Shown: positions 13,013 to 23,070 of the stretch, one piece after another
How positions within the stretch are numbered: position 1 is the stretch's first letter
Layout of the letters: every line of letters begins with the position of its first letter
Origin: Selaginella moellendorffii
Taxonomy: Eukaryota; Plantae; Lycopodiophyta
Length of the DNA stretch: 64,000 nt
Direction of reading: 5' to 3'
Assembly: GCF_000143415.4 (NCBI RefSeq)
Contig: NW_003314368.1
Coordinates: 82,792-146,791 of the forward strand
Notes under the pieces: model-generated
Seen by the model: only the letters and a program-made list of their open reading frames with translations
Databases searched by the model: none
Told to the model about the DNA's origin: nothing
Made by a program: the position numbers and the translations under genes

Positions 13013-15644
13013 GCCAACAGATTGAGCAAACTTCCCTTGAGATCCGAGCAGAAAAATGGCTCTTTTCTGAGCCGCAGTGCGTTGTAGGCGTCGTAGCAGT
13101 GCTGCTGTGTGAGCAGTCGAATGCTGGAGAAGATGACCACTGTGTGGATGCATATAGTCATGGAATGAATACTACTAGTTGCCTTCTCCTGTTCATCCCC
13201 CCTGGATCAGCGTCAAAGCAAAACCCTGCTGCTTATTGTTTTTGCGAGAGTGCGTGTAAACGCTTTTTCCAACCATTTTTTTCCGGCCCTGTAGGTAGAT
13301 TAAATAAACACAAGCCATCAGCAAAGCGATCAGGCAAATGACTGTAGGTAGAAAAACGATCATCGTAAATCTTAACTCAAGGAGAAAAACTTATCCTACC
13401 TCCTGCCACTTGCAAGTTTGCTTTCGCTTCCATTCCGCGTCGCCGGTTCGTAGCAAATTGCAACTCCAACTCTCGAGATGCCTGTGAAATCAACATTCCA
13501 AGTTGCGTAAAACAATGCTAAACCTGACAAAACAGGAATCCTAGATCGACAGTAAGAACCATAGCAAGAACAGAAACAAAGAAAAAAAAAAGGATGACAA
13601 GAACAACTTACTTAATTCACTCACGCAAGCAACCAAGCAATCAGTCGATCGAGAGTGCGAAAAAGAGAGGAACAGACCAAGGGATCAAATTGCTACGGTC
13701 TTGGTTGCAACGAGGAGGTGCCGCAATCACTCGAAGGCGCGTGTCCCCAAGCATGCCTTTTCTATTCTTTTCTCTTTTCCTCTCGCGTTGCTCTACACAA
13801 GCAACTTTGTCCGTTGGCCTATTGTCAACCAGTTTGTCAGCCACCTTGTATGCAAGATATATTCCACGATGAGAAGCACAGACATAAAAAAAGAGCAATA
13901 AAAAGCTTACCCCGCACCGGTTTCCTGACGAGATTCAAGGCACTGTGATTCATTTCGGTGAACTAGAAAACGATTTAGATGAAATCAATGACGACGGACC
14001 AGCTAGCAGGACCGATTCGATTACTAAACAATGGAAACAATGAATCCAGAGGAGCTTAAGTTACGAGTTTTCTGGGTATCGGGATTATCTCTCACATGGC
14101 AAGCAGGTTGGTACAACGAAAACAGTGCCTGCAACGAGAACGAAACAAAAGGGAAAAAAAATGTTAACTTTGATCCATCAGTCTCGAAGAAGGCCAAGAG
14201 AGAGAGAGGGAGAGAGAGAGAAATTGATCTAAGCGTGGCTTACCAGTACGTGGTACGAAGTGCGAATCGAGATGATCTCATTCCACTTCCTGTAGCTTTT
14301 GGCATGGTATAAAGAATTGGGAATCTTTGCGCTTTGGAAATGGCCAAAACAAAGATCTGATTTGTGCAAGGCATTCAAATCGACCGTGTGAGTGATGGAT
14401 GGATCAAGAAACGATTAAAGAATGCAGCACACAAACCTTGTTCCTTGATGCGCAGCATAAAAAACTGGAAACCAGCGCATCCCCTTTGGCCGCGTATCGC
14501 AATTCCTGTTCAGTCATTGCGACTGCCAAAAGCCCTATCCTAAGAACCCTAAAATTTAAATTTCTGGGGTCCTCATTTTATGTCTTGGATTGGCGGGGAG
14601 GTTACTCTCCTGCTGGAAATCACTGTGTGATCCTCTCGATCCTGCGGCGCCAGTTTTTTCTTCCTTTTTTTTCCAGCGAGTTCGTGGAAGCCATCGAAAA
14701 ATCTTCCAAGGATTACTGTTTGAGAATGCTCGCCTTTTGGTTTATTGCAGCGATCCTATTCGCTAACGCTGCGATCAAACTTCTATCCAGATGATGAAAA
14801 GCGTCCTTGATGCTCGCACTTTGGGCGAGAGTTTTTGTGGATCGCAAGCATGAGGTCAGTGAAAGGGTTTCTTTCTTCCTTGTTCTAATCTTGTCTTTCT
14901 TTTTTTTCGTTTTGGTCACGCTCGAGAATGAATGATCCAACAGGGGGAATTTTCTAGAGAGGATCTTTCAGTAGAACAGCGCTGCAAGCATGACGAAGTC
15001 GAGCTGGTCCAGCGGAAAAGGAGCGTACACTGTTTTGGTAAATTTTCTCACTGTTAGATCTTGTGCTACTGCTGATCAAACGTCGCAAAGTTTCCACAGA
15101 AAATCTGTCAAATCTGGACGACGTAGAGAGGCGGTATGAGAAGAAAAATGGGAGCGTATCACGAGACGCTACATGTATGGTGATTTACTCTCGCGTCTGC
15201 TGCTCTGACTCGTCTTTGTTTTTTTTTTTTTTTCTTTCTTGTCCTTGCTTTGCTCATGTTCTATTCCTATGCAGGACAGGACAATCTATGTTCTTGCCTT
15301 TCAACTGTCGAATGCTCTGCTTGTGATCTTTGTTTTCTTGTGATGTTGGGTTTCCATTTCTGACTTTTGAAAGCACACCAGGCTGGGATGAACGATGCCA
15401 GGAGAGAAGTTGTGGAAGTTTCGACAAAGAAATCATGGCTCGCAAAGGTACGTGGATCGAAGTTTTGCAGTAGGACAATTGGAGTTTTGGAAGGTTGATC
15501 AAAAAAGATATGCTACTTTGAGAGGATCGAGTTTATGTGTCACCCGCATTTGCATCATAATAGTCTATTCGTTCCTTTTTTGTCAGCGAAAGGACTATCC
15601 ATCCAAATAAGCGGCTGGCCATGCGAGATCGACGCTATTCCTTA

Positions 15645-16645
15645 CAGGACAAGAGGTTACGGTTGATCAAGTCATGGAAGAAACAGTAACTCTAGCAAGG
15701 CGTTGGCGGGCAAGGGGATGTTGTCATGCTACTGGCAAACTATCCGCTCGCAGTGACGGTCATTGCCAGGATTGGAGCTGTAGCTGCAACTCCCAGTGAT
15801 CTGCTAAAGACGTCGAGTTTCCAAGCCAGGCTTCCAAACGCGAATATGACTAGCCTCCTGGAAACTATAGTTGGGGACGAGGATGGATCGTTTTTTCTAA
15901 CAGAAAATCCCGGAAAGCCAGTGAAAGTACGAGCTGTCCAAGCTGCACAGAGAATCCAGCAGCTATCCTATACTGAGAATTATATGGCAGTGCTCTTCCC
16001 GGCCATACAACGTTGCTCTCTGCATCTTCTCCGGGCTGGTAGCAGTGACTTTGAAGCAGCTCTACCTTGGGAACCGGCTCGGTTGTGAGCTGCGTACAAT
16101 GCTAGCGGCGGGCGAAAGCTCCACCGAATCTCGCACTTTGCAAAGTTCTTGCGAAAGGTAGCCCACATTTTCTAAAACCTCCGGTGTTCTAACGCTCTCT
16201 CTTTTATCTTCTCAAAACCACTACGTACGAAGCTACATCGTTTTGAGTTACTTCCGTTCAAATGCTTCTTTCTTTCAGGTGTGGCTTTCTTCTGCCGGAC
16301 TGAGTAAAATGTTTTTTTGTCAGCTGAGCTCTCACCTTGACCGCAAGTGGTAACACAGCTTCAGTTGGAACTCTGTTCTCCATTGTGGAAGCCAAAGTTC
16401 CCGACGTGCCTTGGAGGACGGCACACTGTTGGGAGGAGTACTCTTCAACAACAATGCACAAGGAACCTTTTATTTTCTAAAGTACGGTGTTTATCCAGGC
16501 CACGCCTTTACAGGCCAATCGGGGTGATCTTGTTTTACTTTGACGGAAACTTGTTTGTGGTGAACAGGCTCAAAGAGCTCATCTCCCTTCAGGCCTCCAA
16601 GATACTTTTTCGTAGGACGACGATTCCAAAGACGCCGCCAGGGAT
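15645..16645 (+). pseudogene. Deletion-riddled inverted copy of the 4CL-like gene
   Basis: Matches the reverse complement of about 4155-5935, e.g. gatcaagtcatggaagaaacagta and attccaaagacgccg. Intron sequence is retained. Many frameshifts. Confidence 0.85.
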
Positions 16646-16650
16646 TTTTT

Positions 16651-17015
16651 TGCATCATCCATCCGACCGGATTTTTGCACGCACCAAGCGAGGAACATCC
16701 CAGCGAATGAGAGCTGGCCAAGTATCTCTCCGAGGCCGGAAGTTGACGACGTCTCTTTGGACAGTTCTCGGGCTTGGCACTTACACGAGCTCGAGGCATT
16801 GGAAGAAGAAGATTTCTTGTTTCATCCAATGGTTTTTCTTCTCGCATCATAAGGTGGCTGGCTCTCTTGCACGCGCCTATACTCGAGGAATCGGAGGAAC
16901 TAGTTCATGATCGGAGATGCGACTATCATTGTTGCATCAGTTGCCAAGATCCGTACGCAACAAGCGGTATTCTCAACAGCAGCAATTTACTGGGAACGCT
17001 CATCAATGATGCATC
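16651..17015 (+). pseudogene. Inverted fragment of the ETR1-like gene (GAF to start of kinase domain)
   Basis: ttttgcacgcacc...gcgaggaacatcccagcga, cttggcacttacacgagctcgag and attctcaacagcagcaat...acgctcatcaatgatg match the reverse complement of about 11255-11880. Confidence 0.85.
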
Positions 17016-17049
17016 CTTCAACTCGCCTGCAACGCAAGGGGTGGTGGAG

Positions 17050-17765
17050 GAATCTCGGACTTGATGCCCGAGCTTGTATCGAGGAATCGTTGGCAGGCTT
17101 CCATTCTCGGGTGTCCTCAGCTCCAGATGCGTGTGCCGGGCGTGGAAAACGAGCCCAGCTTCCGGACCTCCTACATGGACAGCACTAGGTTCTTCCCTCA
17201 TAAGGATTGTATCCAGGACGGCAAGGTGATGCACTGGGATCCTTGCAGTGACACAGTGTGCCGTCTCCCAAGACTTGCTCCACAAAGTTCAGAAATCTCT
17301 ACGTCGGGAATCCCATTGCCAACAGGTGGGAAGAGATCCCCTGGGGATATGTCGAGGGTGTTCCTCTTGGCCATTGCAGAGCAGGAGTTCAGGGTTGTGG
17401 TAGATCGTCCACACGTTCACTCGCGAGAGGCAGAATGGTGTCAAACCATGGTGTCTCTTCTCTGTCAACCGCACCCAGTGCTCATACAAAACAAACTGGT
17501 ATGGACTCAGCGTTTAGCAGGTTTGTTCAGTTTGATGTGGCAACCAACACGATCACGTACAAGAATCTCGGGATCACGCTATACAATAAGCTTGGGCTGT
17601 CGTGTACGGTAAGTCTGGCTAGCTGGAGGGGAAAGCTCTACATAGTGTGGCTAAGGCAGGTGTTTGGTCAGAATGAAAGAGGTTTGTGCTGAGTCGAGTG
17701 ATGAGTGTAGAGTATTTGAAAGGATTACATCCCAAGTTTGGTGGTCAAGCTGATAACTACTTGAA
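17050..17765 (+). pseudogene. Degenerate copy of the F-box gene at 19226-20170
   Basis: Colinear matches cttgatgcc.gagcttgt, gtgctcatacaaaacaaa, gtttgttcagtttgatgtggca, ctggaggggaaagct, caagctgataacta. Frameshifted. Confidence 0.85.
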
Positions 17766-17789
17766 TTTTTATTATTATTATGGATGTAA

Positions 17790-19190
17790 TACTCCTGATA
17801 AGCAGTTTGCGGACGTTCTGGAAAGTTGGGATGAGTTGGATGTTGTTGTGCTTCTGGCCAGTGCCTTCTCATTCCTCAAAGGACTGCAAAAGATGGATCC
17901 AATCCCAGATGGAAGATGAGGAGATTGTCCCAGAAATAATAGAATACAGGCACACCAAGTCCGTGTCAATGGACCTTCTCATCACAACAAAGATTATGTA
18001 ATTTACTATTTGGATCGTGCAAAGGTGTAAGGTGTATAAAGAGCTTCTAGGAGCTGCTAAAAGAAAGTGACAAGGTCCTGCTACTTTGCGTGGACGAGGC
18101 TGCTGAACTAAGTTCTCTAACTTTTGCGCATGCTCAAGTATGTGTCTACAGCAATGTGCTTTTTCAGCATTGTTATTGGGACAGACAAAAGAGTGGCAGA
18201 ATTTATGGCCAAAGCTCGCGAGCAAGGCTGTTAAGCAGCATGAACAAGCTGTGGGAAGAGCGACGTGCATGCAGGCAGTGAAACGAGCCCGAAACGAGTG
18301 CTGCAACACGGACGGCCTCTCTGGGATGCCTATATGACTCGTGTTGAGACGGAGAACAAGGTCATGGCCACGGCTAATCTAAGAAGCTCATTGAAAAGGA
18401 TGTCACTTTTCCAAGGTGGGTTGCTGTAGAAGTTGCGGTTGCCGTATTTGCATGCCTCATTGGGGGCGCTGCCACAGCAACTAACTGCTGGCATGTGAGG
18501 ACCATTATCAAGATTTCTAAGAACAGAAGACGGGTGTACACTGCTAGTGCTGTAAAGCCTGCTCTTGCTGTTGCAGGTGCTGATTTGCTTCACTACAACG
18601 AGGATATATCCAAGCTGATAGAGGTTTGTGTGGATGGGCTGGTGCTGGAAGGTGTTCGTGGAGAGATGGCAGACTTGTCATGCTCTTGGAGTGCACAAAG
18701 TCACAGCAGTACATCAAACCTGTCAGTATCTGGAAACTTTGTTTGGTAAAGTGGCCATGGAGGAGCTGATGCAGTGCTGCGGTGATTTTTTAGGCAGCAT
18801 TGTCTTCTTTAATTGTTTCATTCCCCCTTTAAACAAACTATATAGTAAGTATTACAAAAGGTAGGAGAAACGAGAGCATTCTGGACCTGATCATTCCAAT
18901 TAAAACCTCTGAACAGTCTGGTCTTTGAGTTTGAGCAGGAGCCCAATAAAATCCGTCGGACTGGGTATAACTCAACCATTTTCTGGTTTTTTTTTTCCTT
19001 TTTTTCCCTTTTTTAAATTTGCAGTAAGTGGCCATTCCACCAAGGAAAGTAAGTTGGACGAGGAAAGACTGGATCAACAACTTAGCATGCCTTTTCAAGC
19101 TGGAGCAACTGAGTGGTACAACTTTACCAAAGATCAGAAGGTGACGGATTTGCTATATTCAAAGATGCAATCTTTGACCTTAACCAATAA
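17790..19190 (+). pseudogene. Degenerate copy 1 of Crinkler/RHS-like NTPase+REase gene
   Basis: Colinear with 20920-22260. Retains GRPLW, KPALAVA, GEMA and ESILDLIIP (18871-18897). Many frameshifts. Confidence 0.7.
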
Positions 19191-19225
19191 ATAAATTCTT
19201 TCATAAGGTTCTTTGCTAGGGTACA

Positions 19226-20170
19226 ATGTCGGGCTTGATGCCAGAGCTTGTGGGATATATCCTTCGCAGGCTTCCAATTTCGAGTGTCCTCGCCTCCAGA
19301 TGCGTGTGCCGCGCGTGGAAAGCAGCGGTGGATGACCCCAGCTTCCAGAGCTCCTACACAGACAGCGCTAGGTTATTCCCCGAGAATAATTATATTCAGG
19401 ACAGCGGTGGCAAGATGATGTGCTGGGAGCCTCGCAGTGACAACGCTCCCGACTGGCTGTGTGCCGCCTCCCAAGACAACAAGCACCTTGTGCTGGCTCG
19501 CTCCACAAAAGTTAGAAAACTCTACGTTGGGAATCCCTTCTTCAACAGGTGGGAAGAGGTCCCCTACTTGGAAATTTGGGACGTGTCCAGGGTGTTCCTC
19601 TTGGTCACTGCCGGGCAGCAGTTCAAGATTGTGGTGTGGTTCTGGGATGGCACCATCCACACCTTCAGTCGTGGCCAGACGCAATGGTGTCAACACATGG
19701 TGGCTATGTCCCCGCTGAGCCCGGTGCTCATACAAAACAAATTGGCTTGTATAGATGCCCTCTATCGCGAGTTTGTTCAGTTTGATGTGGCAAGCAACAC
19801 GATCACAATCAAGGATCTCAATCCCTTTCCCGCGGAGGTTCAGTCCATCTGCCTTGCTAGCTGGAGGGGAAAGCTTTACATGGTATGGCTGTTTGCCAAA
19901 GGCCCACGTTTCAACACTTCTATGTTTACAATCCAGGAGGTTTGTGCTGAGAGTGGCGATCCCATTGCTGTGGTGAGCACCCATGTGGTACAAGAATTGC
20001 ATCACTTCACCTTTGATGGCCAAGCTGATAACTATTTGAATGTTTGTGGATATAATAAGTATAAGGTTGTTAAATTGTACCCATTTTCATATGATTTCGC
20101 TACAGATAGTTGGGCTGATAAAATCTATAGTCCTCCCTCAGCACCTCTAGATGTGAGGCTTTGTAAATGA
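19226..20170 (+). CDS. Intronless F-box protein (314 aa)
   Basis: N-terminal F-box LMPELVGYILRRLPISSVLASRCVCRAWK and F-box-associated LYVGNPFFNRWEEVP. Confidence 0.85.
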   Translation: MSGLMPELVGYILRRLPISSVLASRCVCRAWKAAVDDPSFQSSYTDSARLFPENNYIQDSGGKMMCWEPRSDNAPDWLCAASQDNKHLVLARSTKVRKLYVGNPFFNRWEEVPYLEIWDVSRVFLLVTAGQQFKIVVWFWDGTIHTFSRGQTQWCQHMVAMSPLSPVLIQNKLACIDALYREFVQFDVASNTITIKDLNPFPAEVQSICLASWRGKLYMVWLFAKGPRFNTSMFTIQEVCAESGDPIAVVSTHVVQELHHFTFDGQADNYLNVCGYNKYKVVKLYPFSYDFATDSWADKIYSPPSAPLDVRLCK

Positions 20171-20382
20171 TCATACAAAAATATATTAACTTCCAAAATC
20201 TATAAATGTATATTAATACACTTTGAAAATTAAACGATCATTTATATGATCATTTAATACTTATAATATAATAAAGTTATAGGAAAAATAAATAAATTTA
20301 TATGTAACAGTTTTATATGATATGAAATATATTAAAGTTGCCTAAACTATAATACAGAGACTAATTTCCAAGTTGCGAGATC

Positions 20383-22260
20383 ATGGCCGCACCCTTGAAG
20401 ATTCAGGGTGACAAGAAGCCTGGGGATACATTCCAGGTCTCTAAAGAACGTGTGGTTTTCCTTAATAGCTTCTTGGCTATGGAGCTATGTATTTCAAGAT
20501 GTTCTCACCGTTGTTCTACGGCAGATGGGTATCGAGGGAGATACAGGGATTGCGTCTTCGGACGTCGGCAACGATCTGCCGGCACTTGTGCTTGCAAGAC
20601 GTACGGTGAGGCGATTCTTTTGTTTCAGCTCTCAGACCCAACAAAGGCTGCAGCGATGGCTTATCTCGGGCAAGACATGGATGCGGCCAGGAGTGCTTGG
20701 AAGATTGATTACACTGGATATGGCGTTGTGGGGAAGTGCGTGAGGAGATATGCGGCTTGTTGGCATCCAGAAGAGAAGTGCGTTCCTTTGGCACCTTCGA
20801 TTCAGAGCAGTGGCAAATCGCGACTCGTGTACGAGCTCTGGCGCGCAGGCATGCATGCATGTCCTGTACATTTCCTGCCTCAAGGAGAAGAGCACGGGCT
20901 TTCCTCGTCGCACCAAGCATCTTCCGGACATTCTGGAAAGTTGGGATGAGTCGGATGTTATTGTGCTTGTGGCCAGCGCCATCTCAGTGCTCAATAGATC
21001 CTCAAAGGACTGCCAAGCATGGATCCAGTCCCAGATGGACGATGAGGAATTGTCTCGGAAATAATGACAGAATACAGGCACACCAAACCTCTTGTCCACG
21101 TACCTTCCTGTGACAACAAAGACGATGCAACTTACCATCTGGATTGCACTAAGGCATATGGGAACCTTCTAAAACCGAAGCTAAAGCTGCTAGAAAAAAG
21201 TGGCAAGTTCCTGCTGCTCTGCGTGGACGATGCTGCTGAACTAAGTTCTTTGATCTTTGCACGATTCAGGAGGATGCTCAAGTATGTGCCGGCAGGAAAG
21301 TGCTTTTTCAGCATTGTTATTGGGACAGACAATGCTGGCAAACTTTAGGACTTCCAATATTATAGCCACATCGTACAAGGACGATCCAAGCTTTGCGAGC
21401 AAGGCTGTTAAACAGCGTGAATAAGCTGTAGGACCCAATTTGGTTGATAGGGAAGAGCGACGTGCTGGTTGGCCATGCAGGCAGTGAGATGAGTCCGGAA
21501 CATGTGTTGCAATATGGACGGCCTCTCTGGGCCGCATACATGAGTTGCGTTGAGACAGGGAACAAGGTCGAGGCCACTATTCAGCTGGCCATAAAGAAGC
21601 TCCTTGGAAAGAATGTCAACTTGAATGCTCCAGGACTATCGTTAAGATTTCCAAGGACAGCACTGCTAGTGCTGCGGAGCCCGCTCTTGCTGTTGCAGCT
21701 GCGGAGTTGCTTCACTGCAACGGCGATGCTTACCTGTGCGAGTTTATATCGAAGCTGATTGAGGTTTGCGTGGACGGGCTGGTGCTGGAAGGTGTTTGTG
21801 GAGAGATGGCGATCAGACTTGTCATGCTCTTGGCCATGCACGAGTGCACGAAATCACAGAAGTACATCAAACCTGTCCGCCTGCAAGAGTACTTGGAAAC
21901 ACTGTTTGGGAAAGTAGCCATGGAGGAGCTGAAGCAATGCTGCGGTGACTTTTCAAGCAACATGGTCTTCTTCAACTGTTTCATTGCCACCATGTCAATG
22001 CCTTCAGTTAAACAATATAGGGACTATTACAAGAGGGCCTCTGCCATAATCTGTAGGAAAAACGAGAGCATTCTGGGCCTGATCATTCCAGCTAACCAGG
22101 AACCCTGTCAGGCCTTTAAGTTTGAATGAGATTCGTCAGACTGGGTATATCTGATCAACGCTCTTTCAAGCTGGAGCAAATGAGAGCGAAATAATTGTGG
22201 AGGATGGTTGTGTGGTTGCCAAAGGACTGGATTACAGTTTCACCAAAGATCCGAAGGTGC
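20383..22260 (+). pseudogene. Crinkler/RHS-like P-loop NTPase + REase-fold gene, disrupted (copy 2)
   Basis: IQSSGKSRL (shortened Walker A), STGFPRRT, LLLCVDDA (Walker B), YGRPLW, AEPALAVAA, GEMAIRLVMLLA, YLETLFG, VFFNCF, RASAIIC...LIIP, spread over frames with stops and frameshifts. Confidence 0.65.
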
Positions 22261-22431
22261 AGGCACAAACGATTAGGAGAAGAGGTTTTAGAGGGTTTAA
22301 TTCCTTTGGTAAACTATGATTCATTTATTGGTTCCACACTGATAACATCGCCAGCTTCTTGTCATTTCCTCAAACTTCTTAAAGAAGGAAAGAAAAAAAG
22401 AGAAATTTGGGCAAAGAAAGCAAGCAAGAAG

Positions 22432-23070
22432 ATGCATAGCCACTGGATCAGTGTCACCAACATCATCATCCGGTTCCTGGGGATCATCTTCTCCCTGGTC
22501 GCATTCTCTTTGATGGCTTCCGCAAACAATGGAGCTCACGACGATTCCAGGATCTCTTACGCTTCCTTCAGTGCTCTCAAGTAAGAGTTTCTTCTTTCGT
22601 CAGTCCATCCTTTTCAATTCCCTCGTTCCTAGATATGTGATAGCCGTCAATGTTGTGGCTTGCCTCTACTCCATCATCCAAGTCATTCTTTTCATCGTAC
22701 ACTTTGTCTCCAAAGGATGGATCCACGTCCCCACTCCCGAGCTATACTACTTCACATACTTTTTCGACCAGGCAAGATCTCGCAACCTCTATTTCTTTTT
22801 CTCGTGTCGACCGTGTCCCGAGAAGCAATTAAATCACTCACGAACGAATCAAATCTCCTCGTCTCTATCTTACAGGTGTTGGCGTACCTCTTGTTCTCGT
22901 GTTCTTCTAGCGGAGCCACGGCAATCGACATGATCGCCGATTTCAAGCCAGCCGAGCTCTCGGGTTTCTACTCCAATGCCGCTGCTTCAGTTGCTACGAG
23001 CTTCATGGCTTTTGCCGTGCTCGGCGTGTCTAGCTTGATGACGGGCTACCACCTCGTCAAAAGCGGCTAG
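22432..23070 (+). CDS. CASP-like (MARVEL) 4-TM protein; 3 exons
   Basis: IIRFLGIIFSLVAFSLMA, FSALK|YVIAVN, FFDQ|VLAYLLFS, AAASVATSFMAF. Second intron 22772-22875 has a GC donor. Confidence 0.88.
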
